Both the position numbers and the translations under genes were made by a program. A stretch of 63,990 nucleotides of DNA, counting the filler, from Octopus bimaculoides (Eukaryota), in assembly GCF_001194135.2 (NCBI RefSeq). It is 9 parts of 9 records of this genome, joined end to end, with 100 filler letters (N's around TTAATTAATTAA, not from the genome) between each part and the next. Parts side by side here need not be neighbours in the genome. Positions count along the whole stretch, not along the records: positions 29,458 to 45,614 come from NC_068993.1; positions 45,715 to 53,850 come from NC_068999.1; 7 more parts are not named here. One strand, given 5' to 3'. Under the pieces are notes generated by a model, which was not told the origin of the DNA, made no database searches, and was given only the letters and a program-made list of their open reading frames with translations. Positions 34,801-49,152 of this stretch are shown here, in pieces (position 1 is the first letter of the stretch; the number at the start of each line of letters is the position of its first letter).

Positions 34801-35797
34801 TTCTAAAGCATACGTTTTTCTGGTTTAAATAAATTATAAATTTCACTATGATCGGGTATTATAATATAAGACATGATATATTAACTGTATGATTTATTTC
34901 TAATAATCTAATTGTATATTTGTATTTATTTACTAAAGTTTCTAGAGATAATATAATATAGATTTCCATTAGTTTAGAATTTAATACCAGTGATAAATAA
35001 TTTGTATTACTTGATTGTTTATAATTGATAATATTATTAGGGTTTTCTCCCTTAGACGGAATTTTATTTGAGGAGGAATTTTGAATATGGATCAGCCTTA
35101 AAGATTATAATTTTTTTTTGTGTTTACTTTTTACCCTGAGGATGTGTACGGAAATTTACTTATTTAACTTGAATTAAGAATTGAATTTGACCTTATACAG
35201 AAATGTTTACATAGGTAATAAACTTTAATATATATGTATGTTAGCGTCAAAGCTCTTATTTAAATTTTTGATATATATATATATATATATATATATGCAT
35301 ATATGGGTACAGGACGTCACAAAACGTAAGCAACATGAAATATGAAAATAAAGTTGGGTACGCAAACACCGAGAGAAACAAATGGAAAACAAGACAAGTA
35401 GCATAATGAACAACTCTTCCGCAGTTGTCGGCTGTCCATCTACTCCTAATTTCGAGCATTGAATGACAACATGAGACTTCGAAGGTAGTTGATCACACTA
35501 AAGCCAAAACAAAAATTTGGATTTTTGCGGAGGGTCAAAGTTGGTAACAAAAACGGGACAGTAAAGACATACAAAGAAACCGAACGAAAACAAACATGGA
35601 GGGTCGAAAACAAACAAGGGGGAGGGAGAAGAGTAAAGGGTAAGGTGTCATCAAAAATATATTAAGATAAACTTACTTGGAAATGGATGTGTGGCGTTAT
35701 CTTACTATATTTTTGATACGACTCTACACTTTACTGTTCTCTCTCTCCCTTTCGTTTTCTCATACTTTCTCTAATTCTCTTTTCTCCTCTTCACTTT

Positions 35798-35844
<47 letters not shown>

Positions 35845-35949
35845 TAATCTCTTCCGTTCTCTGGAGTTGGGAGTGGATGGTAGCACGTCTTTAAGCAGTC
35901 GTTCAGTGCTGTAGAGAAATCGGCGCACAACCTAATCTTATTTTTCTTT

Positions 35950-36180
35950 TTAATGCACACCATGGGGGCCACCCACTTAGAGTAACCTACCCATTTGATG
36001 ATTGCACTCTTCATTTATGATTTTAATTGCTGCGAACGGTACTTTTCTGTTACATTTAAATACACACCCAGCGTTTTCACTTATTTCAAAGCAGGCTTCA
36101 GTCGTTTTACATAGACCTAATTCCTCTGATAGTACTTGAGGTAACATCGTTTTCAATTTTCTCTTCAATTACTCAGACGA
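35950..36180 (-). mobile_element. Ty3/gypsy pol fragment (pre-RT region)
   Basis: LSEELGLCKTTEACFEISENAGCVFKCNRKVPFAAIKIINEEC resembles the gypsy-type FxxGLG.CTK...VF...RPVPFA...VEEEL pattern. Confidence 0.65.
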
Positions 36181-36843
36181 TTTATTTTTGACAGGACAAA
36201 CATTAAATGTTTTTGCAGTAGAGACATGTGGGGAGGTGCCATATGTCAAATGACTCCAACCAATCTCTACCAAATACAGATTGACTGTATTCTCGACAGT
36301 GAATATTTTTGCTTCGCGTATTTGTCCTCGAAATGTGGCGTATGTGCACGTTTCCCCATGAATGGTGGTGTAGGTGGTGGAGATGAAGATGATGGTGGTG
36401 GAGGTGGCAGTGGTGATTGGATAGTGAAAAGGGTATTTTTTATTTTTTTGAACTCAGTTTTTTGTATTACCTATCGCTTAACGCACGCGCACAAGTACAA
36501 TTCCGTTAAATAGTTACGCTTATTTCCGTTGCAAATATATGCAATTTAGCTAAAGTTTGTATAATATGTACCGGATATTCATCTTTTGTTTATGGGGAAA
36601 ATGGAAAATTAAGAGTGAATATTTATTTTATGAGCGCTGTATATTAAATCTATAAAATTGTGCATAAAGTATATAAACTTTATATATAAAGCGTATTATA
36701 TAATCGTTGTATTCCAATTTCTTTCGTTTTTCAATGAGTAGTAGATGAGGGACTATCTTTCCATACAAATACAATACATGCTACGCTTTCAGGATTTTTT
36801 GGATAAAGTTTTCAGAAATAACCCAATCGATTTACCATTAATT

Positions 36844-36870
36844 CCGTGGTATATTCACGGGTCCCGCTAG
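36844..36870 (+). mobile_element. Helitron 3' terminus
   Basis: Hairpin CCGTG-gtatatt-CACGG followed by GTCCCG-CTAG|T, the standard Helitron end. The 5' end was not located. Confidence 0.7.
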
Positions 36871-38643
36871 TATTTATAATACTGAAAATTTGTATTTATG
36901 TTTTTTTTTCTAGATTAAGGCGGTGAGCTAGTAGACCTATCAGCACGTCCGGGTAAAATGGTTAACGGCATTTCGTCAGTCTTTCGTTTTTAAGTTCAAA
37001 TTCCGCCGAGGTCATCTTTGCCTTTCCTCCTTTCGGGCTCGAACAATAAGTACCAGCTGAGTACTGGGATCGATGAAATCGACTTATCCCCTCGCTCGAA
37101 ATTGCAGGACTTGTGTCAAAATTTGAAACCAATATATTTTTATAGGTTTATGTTTTTTAAATTTATAATTTTTCAAACCCTTTTTTATTACGTCTCCATT
37201 ACAGACAATTTTGAGTCAATATACTTTATACTTAGAAAGTAAAATCATATTATATAGCCAAACGATTATATATCGAATATAAGAACATTGCGGCACCCCA
37301 CAACATCAAATAAGTGCATATGTGTATGTCAGTGTGTACGTTGTACTGGCAAAATAAATTATAGGTTTTAGAAATACGCAGTATTTTATGATAAACACCA
37401 TATTCCTCTTACTTTCATTTTCTCCTCCTAGTGACACCCACTTTCACCTCCCTCTTTTGCACCTTCCTCATGTAATACGATTACACTTACGCACACTGCT
37501 TCATAAATACACCTCCCATAAAGCGTACAGACACACACACACCTCCCTATACCCATACTCTGATACAAACCTACACTTGCATACATTTCGTCTTTCTCCT
37601 CTTCCTAACTACCTCATAGAAGCATCTTCCCACCTGGCTCCTAACCCTCTTTTATTCTGCTCCAACCTAATTTTTTTCATTCAGTTATTCCCTTATTTTG
37701 CTTTTATACATTCCGCTTGATTGACGAGCATCTGAAATGTCAATACAGATTCCCTTCTTTTTACGTGCTAATATAATTCAAGTATTGTAAAATCTTATCC
37801 TTCACGTTGTGTTTTCTTCTTTTTGTGTCCATTGTCTTCCTAATACACACAAACACACACTCACACAGACAGACACACATACATGAACACATATATAGCT
37901 AGCTTAAAGATGTGTCTGCTACAAGTAAGCGTTCAACAAGACCCGAGTGTTCAGGCAGCATTTATTGCCCTTTTGGAGCCATTTAATTGAAGTATCAGAC
38001 ATTGATAATACAGTCTGTACTAACCTGATGAATTACTGCAAATCATAAACGTATTGCTTTCTAAACAACTGATTATTAGTGTCATTATGCTTAAGCAGAA
38101 TCATAAAACATATATTTGCATGTACATATGCATGTATGTATGTATTCATATATATATATCTATATATATATGTATGAATGTACATGTGTGTGTATGTGTG
38201 TGTCCATACTTAGTAGATATCTATAAAAGTTTTTACACCAAGAAAATGTGAGTTTCCCTGGTTAAGAAACTAGCATGGTATCGTATAACTACCATAAATA
38301 GAAGTACTAACTTATACACGCCAAAATACTTTCATTTCTGTTATGTATATGATACACCTTACTATTTCTGTTTATCCTAATTTCAAAGGCATCCAATCAT
38401 TGTGAAACACAAAAGGGAGATACTGTATTAGAAGCGATAAGTAATTTATTAATTCGTCATATAATTAAGAAGTAAGATGAATTGGCTATGTCCCAAGATA
38501 CCTATTATGAGACAGTAATTCAATTTCTATTATTTTTTTTTTATCTTTATGCATAGTTTAGAAGATCAAGGATACAGATTATACCGAAAACGAGAAAATG
38601 TTTAAAGCAGTTGACTCTTCATGTTTCAAAATCTTCATTTCGA

Positions 38644-38724
<81 letters not shown>

Positions 38725-39699
38725 GTTATCTTATCACTGTTCATACAAGTTAGGTATATTGAAGTAATGTGGGATAAACATTTCCTATAGAGAAGTGCAT
38801 CGAAAGGTCTACTGCAGAGTTTGAACTCACGTTCTAGAGTCACAGAACTGAATGTTATATCCACTTCACCATTTCACTTTCTCTTTTCCACATATATCCT
38901 TCATTTTTAGGCACGGTGTATCAAAACCTCAAAAGATATTTTAAACTATTGAAGTTCTAGGGATGTATTAGCGCACGTGAAAACAATAAATTATTGTCAG
39001 TTAATGCCGCCAAGGAGTTTGTCAAGTTAACCTTCGATGAATACACAAATAGAAGCATGAAATATTTCTTCACAAAAGGTTTGTTATTTAACGACAACTA
39101 ATTGATAGACATTTTAAGAATATTAGACAGGTCTAAGTAAAGCTATAAATAAAACAAATACTGTAAATTATAAACAAGACCACATCGTTCACATTTAGTG
39201 TGCCCGACAAAATGAGACGGAAATTACTGTTTCCGATCTGTTTAAATAAAATTGATAATTAATATCAACAACAACAACAAACGCTGACAATAATTTACAG
39301 AATTTTTCACTTCCTCTTCACTAGGAACAAAACTTCAACTCAATGTCTAAACTATATATAACCCGTGGTGAGGAGAGTTATTACTAACTTTATAGCTTCA
39401 ATGGATCCCTGTTAGCGCGGTAACAGGGAAATAGACTCATTAGAATGATGTATCATACAGTGTATGATGTATCATACACTCTAGAAATAGTAATCAAAAA
39501 CACTGCAAATTACGCTATACTGTCTTAAACAAGGAAAGCTGTTATTAGATAATATGATCCTGCAAATCTCTAAAGGTGGGATGGGTACATCTAAAATGCT
39601 TTTGACTATAGGCCTACTGGATTAGGGCTTACTTGAAAGAAAAAGAAAAAATCGTGATCAACACTTCGACCCTTCAAGCAGTCTTGACTGCCTATTCAC

Positions 39700-40164
39700 C
39701 TCCGCTGCCACTTTTTTTACTCGTTTCTAATTGGATTGCTTGATTACGGCACAAACATGACAAGAGCACATTTCATAAATCCCTGTTGCACAAAAATACT
39801 AACCCTGGTTCGATCAAGTCATCAGTTCCCTCGAGTACATTTTACCACAAATTACTCTTTCTTTGAAATGGGGATCATTTGTAATCCACCTGAGACATTT
39901 TAGAGAGTGACTACAACTAACCGCTCTTGTACTCACTTCCATATTGTCCTAACAACTAATACTCACAACTTTCAAACATATATGTAGTCGAGAAACATCT
40001 ATGTCCGAATCCTGCTTAGAACAAAGTTTCCAACTACGAAGACTTCTCTGACCCTCGGCTCAAACAATTGACTTTTCTATTACAATTCAAAGTTTGTGCT
40101 CCTGAGCTAGCTTCTATCATCACATGACTGTTTAATATATATATCTTTTTCTTTCAATCGTTTC

Positions 40165-40237
<73 letters not shown>

Positions 40238-40360
40238 TCTCTTTCTATTGGTTACACTTGACGTTTTGTCATATTCCTAACTAAAGCAACCTTCTCAGAT
40301 TCCAATATTATCTCTAAAACAAAACACTCAGGACATCAACTCCGTAACTTGGAACTAAGC
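39700..40360 (+). mobile_element. Highly decayed CR1/L2-like LINE fragment
   Basis: Remnant KVCAPELASIIT*LF resembles the LKxCAPELAPILxxLF segment preceding RT; interrupted by (CT)n. Confidence 0.35.
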
Positions 40361-41514
40361 CCTATCATAATATAAACTGTAAACCATTTAATTTGATTCC
40401 CTGATATTTCAAGGGGCCCTTCGATATTAGCATAAGTCATTAATATTACTAGCAAATGGTGGGGTTGTGTCTTTATTAGATATCGAAATTACGAAGAACA
40501 AACATTTGGGAATTGTAGAACTTTCTACTAGCATTTTGTTATTTTTGTTTATATGATGGTTTGATATCCATTCTATTCCATTTTAAATCGATACAACAAA
40601 ATTTGATAATAAACAAAGCATATCGAATTAATCGATAAATATTATTTGATGACTGTTAAAGAAGTCCAAAGTAAAAATATTTCACTGATAATTATATGCT
40701 AATTGATTCAGTAAATTTCATAGATATGATTGTATGAATAGAAATCAATAGCAATAGTGATAAACTAACATAATTTTCCTATAATTTCACAGAATAACAT
40801 GAATACGGAAGATGTCAAAACCTACAAAATCCGGAAAAAATAATCATCTCTATATTACAAATATAGAGATATAGAATTAAGTGTATCATAGAACATGAAA
40901 TCAATTCACGGGGAAAGAAAAAAAATACAAGTATCGGTTAACTTGAATACAACAGAATCACAAAATCAATATAAAAAAATGAGTTATTGATACACGATGA
41001 GTCGCTCTTCGGTATACAAATATTCACAGGAACGGAATCAATTTACATTTGTCATTTCGTAACACACCGGGTGGTACATATACAATTAGATTCATGTGAG
41101 AACAACAAATAAGTAGGATACAACGACACTAAAGTTTAGCGATAGGTCAGATAAAACACTTGGGGTATTTCATACACAAAATGAATAATGTATTGTAACA
41201 TTATACATACAAACTGGAAAATATTTTTTTCTACTCTAGGAACAAGACCCGAAATTTTGGGGGAGGTGCCCAGTCGATTGTATCGACCCCAGTGCGTAAC
41301 TGGTACTTAATTTACCGACCCCGAAAAGATGAATGGCAAAGTCAATCTTGGCGGAATTTGATCTCAGAACATAACGGCAGACGAAATAACGCTAAGCATT
41401 TCGACCGGCGTGCTAACGTTTCTGCCAGCTCGCCGCCTTTCAAACTGATAAATATTGTTACATTATATACATATCCTCATATAACTTTGTAGTCTCTTTA
41501 TAAACACAGTGACA

Positions 41515-41690
41515 TGAAATAATGTGGCAGTTTATGTACATATTGATGAAATATTGCGGCAGTTTATATACACATTGAGAAATATTGTGGCATTTTAAAT
41601 ACACACTCATAAAATATTGTAACATATTATACACGCACTAATAAAATATACTGTGATATATTGTAAATACACAGCTTAAAAATATTCCAA
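41515..41690. repeat. Degenerate minisatellite of about 31 bp, about 5 units
   Basis: GAAATATTG(T/C)GGCAGTTTAT(A/G)TACACATT-like units that diverge progressively rightwards. Confidence 0.7.
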
Positions 41691-42949
41691 GCAAAAATTG
41701 GAAGTAAAATATTTGCACTCATAAATGACTTTTTTGATTGCGAAAACGGAGTCTTCTCAATTCCTTCCAATCAAAATATTGATAATATATTTAATTGTAT
41801 TTATTTATGTTCTGACTTTAAGTCTAGACCGATTTAACTCTTCTAAATTTCATATTCTATAAAACAAATGTTAGGATCGACAGAATGTATTCCTTCCAAA
41901 TATGGGCTGCTTTATGCCTAAATCAGCAGTTCGTGTTTGTATTGAAAGGCCCGTATATTAAAAAATTATCTGGATATTATCCTGTAGGATATAATTCGTT
42001 ACACATTATGCAACTTATGTTTCTCTTGAGATAAGAAATCCTTACATACTACCCTGACTTACATTTTTGTTACTTCTTCAGAGCAATAATACTCTGATTA
42101 AAAAGCAGCAATACACTTTCTCTGCGTAGTATATTTCTGTGTGAAATACTCAACCGTAATTAGAGACCATTCTTCAATATTTAGTTTTCACGCAAAGGAT
42201 TTTCAACCAGTTATCAACAGAATCCACATTTTTCATATTATTTTCCATGGTCTCTTCAATTTCTGTTTTCATTTCTCTAAATTGCAATAAGGAAAACCTC
42301 TCACAGCTGGCTCTGTTGCTTTAATTTCGTTTCCTGTTGTTGATATTAATATGCCGTATGTTCTAGTAATTGCAGCCTCATCTCAGCTCTTGCAAGCATC
42401 ACCTCAAAAAGCATTGATTTTCAATAGCTTTCCTTCAGATAAAATACAACCTACGCAACACTATTATTATGATTCCCATTGTAAACTGTGTTTAGAGAGT
42501 ATTTGCTTTCCTTTTGTAATTATTCTTTGCTACTTCTCAAAATAATTCATTTTACGTAAGTTATACCACAAAATAATTATATAAGAGTCAGGAAATCACC
42601 ATTAAGTCCTCCCTATCATTTACTACAGGAAACTTGAGAGTCGAATAGCATATTTTGCGACATTTTTTTACAGCTCTTTACGTTCTAAATTCAAACCCCA
42701 CAAATCAATTTTGCACTTCATCTCTGCGGAGTAAAATATCCTATTGGAGTTGAGGTATCGAATGGACTTTGACTCTAGTTTCAGGTTTTGGTGAGCTTAC
42801 GCGAGGCGACAAACTTGCAAAGTCGTTACATCATCATCGAAAAAAAAAATGTTTGCGGTATTTGTCCCGATTCTTCATGATCTAATTGAAAACCCTGCCA
42901 CAATGAACTTTGCCATTCATCTCTGCGTTCCTCTCCGCCTTCTTTCTGC

Positions 42950-44930
42950 AACATTTGTTCTTCTGGCAGTAAATTCTGATTGTCAAGGTGCTCGTAAATG
43001 CTTTCTGAAAGCATTCCTGTAAACAGTTTCTACACTAATAGTAAGTAAGTGATTGGTCTATAGTTGCTAGCTGTGTTACCCTGCTCTTATCTTTCATAAT
43101 GTGTATTTTCTCCCTCTAGTCATCCGATCTGGTATTATTCCTCCATTAACAGGTTAAAAGAGATGTGTAACGTTGATCCTCCGGGATTTGCGGTGGAGTT
43201 TGACATGCTGCCGAAGGTAGTGGAATTAAGAGAATTGGAACCATTCATAGCATAATAAAAAAAAACAAAGTAAAATAAAAGAGAGAACAAATACGATGCT
43301 AATGGAGAAAAAAAGGGAAAAGGAAAAAGATTATAAACTACGAGTAAAATAGTTCAAATGGTACTGCACGAGAGTGGGGCTCATGCAGCCATTTAATTTT
43401 CATTTTATATAACATTTTTCTCATTTTTCATTCGTTTTATGTTTTTGTCCCCACTGTGGCATTCTGTCTGTCCTTGTGTTGTCCCCTCTGCGTGGCTGGA
43501 AATAAAAATCATTATTCCCCTTGTGGCTGGAAATAAAAATCATTATTCCTCCATTAAGGCAATCCTGAAGTTGTTCTCTCAGCCTCCCATGTAAACTACT
43601 AAATTTCTTTAGGCAATAGTCTTGAATTAAATCTTATCTTGGGCCCTTCCAATTCGGCATTTTTCTAACACTTTACTCATTTGTGCACTAGTTAATCCTA
43701 GATCTGGATGCTTCTCACTCATTACCTCTTCCCTGGCTTTCTTTAACTATAATGCATCTCGATCATGATTGACTGACTTATCCCAAATATTACTCCAAAT
43801 CTTTCTAGCTTCTTCATTAGGTTTCTCATGTTCCGTACTTCTTCCTCCACCATTTATTTGGTTATAAAATCTCCTCTGGTCTGTCTCAAATAATCTTTTC
43901 TGTTGATACTAATCTATTTTTTTTTTATATCTGGAGAGCTTGCCTGCTACTTTGATATGCTGTCTCAATTCTTCTATTACTGTCCCAAAACCTTTCTCTT
44001 TGACTAAATAACTTTCCTTAAAGGGAGATTTGCATCTTGTTTCCTAAATTGTTCAGTTTCTAGGTTTCTATTCTACTAAGATCTTGTCTTAAAGTCTTCG
44101 CTTTATTTCATATTCTCCTCTTCTACTTTTGCTCTTTTTTTAATCTTTCCCTATGAGATATCTAATCTTCTAGTGACTACTACTCCTCCTGCATAGATCA
44201 ATAACTTAGTGTTTCGTATATTTTTAGTATCTATCCTACTGCTTTCCCTGTCATATTTAGCAGCTTCTTTCTGTTTGTGCCTTTTAATGCTGGGAATCTT
44301 TTTCCTACTTCCTTACTTATTACTTCCTGCAACTCATCTAAAATCTTCTGATCTTCCTCACTTAAATCACTTAGTTCGCTGGGACCGTTTTCCCTTCCTT
44401 ATTGGTAGCGCTATTATAATCTTTCTTTTAGGTTCTTCTTTAGTTTGAGCTGTATCTCTCATGGTTTTGTTTGTCTTTCCTACTGCTTGGTATTTCATTT
44501 CCTGTTCTCTTGTGATCTCTTCTACCTCGATTTCTGTCAACCACTTTCTTCTAATAGCATTAACTTGATCTACTAATCTCTGCTCAGTCACTTTAAACAT
44601 ATCCTTCTCTATCCAATGTGTTAACATCCGTTTTCTATGGCCCCTTCTTTTAAGTTCTCTTTTGAAGTAACGCTCCATCACTATCCTGTTTTCTTCGCTG
44701 GTCCACTTTCTTTTCCTTACTTTATCATCTGCTCATATCAGTATTCGGATAAAAGCTGTGGTCAGTATGCATCTTTACTGAACCACTGCCGAGCGAGAAG
44801 ACTCCCCTTAAAGGTCCAGCATCATTTTTGCTGTGACAACCAGAGTTCCTTTGGAAACTCCTCTCTCATAGACGGAGGTAAGGTAACGTTCGTCACAATT
44901 GTCCTCACCACTATAGTTTTTCGACATCTA
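42950..44930 (-). mobile_element. Dong/R4-type non-LTR retrotransposon, 5' part, decayed and interrupted
   Basis: Minus strand: RKWTSEENRIVMERYF...GHRKRMLTHWIEKDMFKVTEQRLVDQVNAIRRKWLTEIEVEEI; VRKMPNWKGP; KFSSLHGRLREQLQDCLNGGIIPD; SNYRPIT..L..KLFTGMLSESIYEHLDNQNLLPEEQ. Confidence 0.88.
43150..43541. mobile_element. About 390-bp insertion with a 16-bp target-site duplication inside the Dong/R4 element
   Basis: ATTATTCCTCCATTAA occurs at 43134-43149 and 43542-43557. Removing the insert restores DCLNGGIIPD. Confidence 0.85.
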
Positions 44931-45559
44931 ATATTTTGAAGCAACTTTCTATTGTATTATTTGTTGTATCGTTGTACTGGTAGGGTGGTGTGTGCTGCAT
45001 TTGTTGGGGGAGTGGATAAAGGAAGGGGAAGGGGTTATATTGTATTGCGTCAGTATGTTTTGTTATGGGGTTTGGTTTGAGTCTTCTGTTGTATTATTTC
45101 TTGTATTGTGTGTTGTTTTTGCAGCGCTGGTTCTGTTCCGCCGGGTATCGTCCTTCTATGGTACATGTGGGCTTTGTTCATTTTGTTGGGTATTTACGGT
45201 GTGGGTTTATTCCTGTAAGGTTTTGGGGGAGTGATGCATAGAAGCGTGTGTAATTCATAAATCAACTATTTCATAGTATTTATGGTTATCTGTCCACCGT
45301 AATTTGTCTTTGGAATTGTTTTGTTATGGGTCCTGGGTTCGTTATCATGGCGTTTACTTTCTTTAACTAAACACCTCTCATGGACATGTGTTGATGTTTC
45401 TTTCGTAGTTATAATTATAATTGACGTATCGGCGAGAGATCGAGAAGAAACAACAATGTGCATATATAGAGAGGTGTTAGATATTAATATGAATGTATAA
45501 GTCATTAAAATTTGAAATTTGGTAAATCCATGTACTGTCTGTAGTAGTGTTTCCAGCTC

Positions 45560-45614
<55 letters not shown>

Positions 45615-45713
45615 NNNNNNNNNNNNNNNNNNNNNNNNNNNNNNNNNNNNNNNNNNNNTTAATTAATTAANNNNNNNNNNNNNNNNNNNNNNNNNNNNNN
45701 NNNNNNNNNNNNN

Positions 45714-46036
45714 NCAGACCGGGCGTTGTGAGTGTTTATTGAGCGAAAACACCTAAAGCTCCACGAGGCTTCGGCAGGGGATGGTGGCGAACCCTGCTGT
45801 ACTCTTCCACCACAACTTTCTCTCACTCTTACGTCCTGTTTCTGTTGTGCCTGCAATTCAAAGGGTCAGCCTTGTCACACTGTGTCACGCTGATTATCCG
45901 CGAGAACTACGTTAAGGGTACACGTGCCTGTGGAGTGCTCAGCCACTTGCACGTTAATTTCACGAGCAGGCTGTTCCGTTGATCGGATCAACTGGAACCC
46001 TCGACGTCGTAAGCGATGGAGTGCCAACAACAACAA
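45714..46036 (+). mobile_element. Non-coding retroposed element 3' part with hairpin and (CAA)n tail
   Basis: Hairpin GTTCC-GTTGAT-cgg-ATCAAC-t-GGAAC at 45973-45998 and (CAA)4 tail at 46025-46036, abutting a Dong endonuclease fragment. Confidence 0.55.
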
Positions 46037-46370
46037 TGCTATATCTATGATCCAGCATAGTTTGTTTTCTTTGTCAATTAAGACTATATCTGACTTCCTA
46101 CGCTCAGTCTCATTGTCGCACTGAATCATAAAATCCCATAGAATCTTTGCATTTTTATTTTCAATGATGGCTTCGGGTTTGTGGTCGTACCAGTGTTTTG
46201 CTCTGTCAAGTCCATACTTGTTTCAGAGTGTCCAATGGACAAGTCTGGCTATATTGTCTTGGCGTCTCTTATATTCCTTTTGGGCTAGTGGCATACATTG
46301 GCTGGTAATATGCCATACGGTTTCACTATTTTGTCCACAGGTTCTGCACTAATCACTTCCTGATGTGTTG
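46037..46370 (-). mobile_element. Dong/R4-type LINE C-terminal (endonuclease) fragment
   Basis: NAKILWDFMIQCDNETERRKSDIVLIDKENKLCWIIDIA (PD..D-type REL motif, decayed), next to an (ATT/ACT)n run. Confidence 0.85.
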
Positions 46371-46392
46371 TCTATTTTGTATTTTTATTATC

Positions 46393-46519
<127 letters not shown>

Positions 46520-47323
46520 ATACTATCATTCTCTAGGTTTATATGCAGAGAACGTGTACGTACGCCTCGTAAGATGGTAACACTTTGTACGGAGAATATT
46601 TGTAGAGTATTTCTTGCTGATTCAGTGACCGCTAAGTTGGTACGCATAATCTGTGGGTGTGATTCATAACATTTGCACAGAAACATTTTCGTGTCGATGT
46701 TTTACAGCAAAGTGAAGAATTTTTACAAGAGAGAAACCATAAGAGATTCGTTAACACATTATCCATTCACCCAATTCATATCTGCAAGAAATACATATAT
46801 ATACACATTGTGTGTGTGTGTTTGATTTGGATCCATTTAATGGACAAAGAGAACGAGATTACTGATATAAATGACCAGACAAGTTCTTAGTTTCACTACC
46901 AAATTCGTAATGGTTTTGCTCAAGTCCATTCCAGCCTGTTGATAATGTCTTCACTAAATAATACTCTACGACCAACCATAGACAGAAAGTTATGAGGCAT
47001 CACTCTCAAATTGATAAAAAATAATAATAATGAATACTACAATAATTCTCTCTGGTGCTTCTCTGATGTCTGGTTCTCTGAATAGTTCTTGATTTTGTTC
47101 TGACAGCGAAATGGTAAAAAAAGAAAGAAAGAAAGAAAATGACTCCAGCCACCGTTGTCGTAAAATAATTCTGAATAATTAAGGGCAATATTTAGCAATT
47201 AATTTTGTTCCTAATAACATTTGGAAAAGTGCTTGTGGCTTTGAATTATAATACCGGAGGAACATTAAATTTCGAATCTAATATCAAAGATCAAATTGAA
47301 AATCAATAGAACAAATACATACA

Positions 47324-47360
<37 letters not shown>

Positions 47361-48339
47361 GAGAGAGAGAATGAGTGTGTGTATGTGTGAGAGAGAGGGA
47401 GAGTGCATGTGTACGTGTGAGTGGGTGGGAGTGAGTGAGTGTAAAAAAATACCGATATTCAAATGGTTTCATAGTTACTTTTCTGAGCGTGTTGAAAACA
47501 TAGAAATGGGCGAAGGTGAAGTATTTTATGAAACTCTTCTTTTTTCGAATTATATCAATTTAGAATTCTTCTCCGCTGATATTTTGCAATGTATTCATGG
47601 GAAAGTAACACGGAGCTCCGCTCTCTCTTTCTCTCTCTATTATCGTAGGCGGATTTTTTTTTACGTTACAACTATCATTTTAACCCTTTCTCTTACAAAT
47701 ATCACTTTTAACCATAATGAGTGTTGAACGTTTTGTTTTTCAACCGAAACAAATATTACACACACGCACGCACACACACACATACACATGCACGCACACA
47801 CACACACATACACACGCACGTACATATGTGTGTATTATTATTTTTTTTTTTGAAATTGAAACTAAGAGTCTGTCCTGCAATTCGAGTTTCATGCTACTGC
47901 AATCTCAGGTGAGAACACGCACATGCGCGCGTGCACACACACATGAAAGTCAGCCGAGATAATCTTAAAATAAGATTAATCAATTAGGTGAAATGCTTAA
48001 ATTCTTGATTCCATGTTAGCTGTAAAAGTTCAGCTCTCACGCCCATACAGAAATATCAAAATCACCCGGGATTTGCACACTTTGTGTATTTTTGGAAATC
48101 TAATGGAATTGCTTTTGCTATATGGCATGCAGCTTCGTCATGGCAGCAGAGGTTAAACTGAGTCTTGTTGCTATCCTTTTTTGCGATCTACCGTCCTTGG
48201 TTAAAGTGGATCTGAGGCACTTGAATGTGTCCACTTCGTCAAGTTTTTCTCCATTCAGCATAATGCTTCTTGCTGTGCTTTGGTTGTTACAGTTAACCAG
48301 GACCTTGCTCTTTTCTGGGCTGGTCTCAACCCTCTATGG

Positions 48340-48850
48340 TTCTAATACTTTTCCAGACTAGTGGTGAGCCCCCTATAGTTCTACTTCACTACTTCCTAGC
48401 TAGCTAATATCATCAGCAAAGCGCTGGATGGAAATTTGTTGCCCCACAATGTAAACAAAGTGCTTCCTGCATGATGTTCTCAAAGAAGATATTGAAAAGC
48501 ATTGAAGTATTCCCCGTTCTTGTTTTTAGAACTGCACTGCGTGAGTTTTCGTACAGTGCTTGGATTACTTCGATGAAGTTGTTGAATTTGTAATTCTTCA
48601 TCACGTTCCACAGCCAATTCGTACCAGACACGATCAAAAGCCTTTTTGAAGTCGATGACCTTGTGATACAGGTCAGATCTGTGCTCTACATATTTCTTAA
48701 TGCGCTGTCTAGTATTAAATACCTGATCCACAATACTGCTTTTGGACCTAAACTTTACTTGTTCTTCTGCAAAGATTTCTTACGCTTTCATCTTAAGTCT
48801 CCATAAGCAGAACTGTTAGCAATACTTCGATGGAATAGGTAATTAGGGTA
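48340..48850 (-). mobile_element. Decayed RTE-like RT fragment
   Basis: DQVFNTRQRIKKYVEHRSDLYHKVIDFKKAFDRVW; NFIEVIQALYENSRSAV; LFNIFFENIMQEAL; followed by a FADDI-like remnant. Confidence 0.8.
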
Positions 48851-49121
48851 ATTAGGGTGGTTGTTCTATAATTTTGTCATGGTCTTAAGTTGCCGTCTTC
48901 ATTGCAGATATGCAAATGAGAAATGGGTTTGATTTTATTTGAAAGCAGTAAATATTTATTGCCAAAAATTATAATTCATCATTTTGTCTAAGCAACAAGA
49001 CGTTTGATAAAAAACGTAAAATTATTATTATCATTATTATTGTATGTATGTCATATTTTTCGATATTACTCAAAGTGACAAGAGTATACTACCTAAGTTA
49101 TGCATCATGCGACGGGTAACA

Positions 49122-49152
<31 letters not shown>

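Noticed and set aside
35085-35100. Minus-strand ADPY, resembling the missing MFSD14 ADPF exon end
   Set aside because: No donor site follows, and the flanking sequence has no similarity to the upstream MFSD14 sequence.
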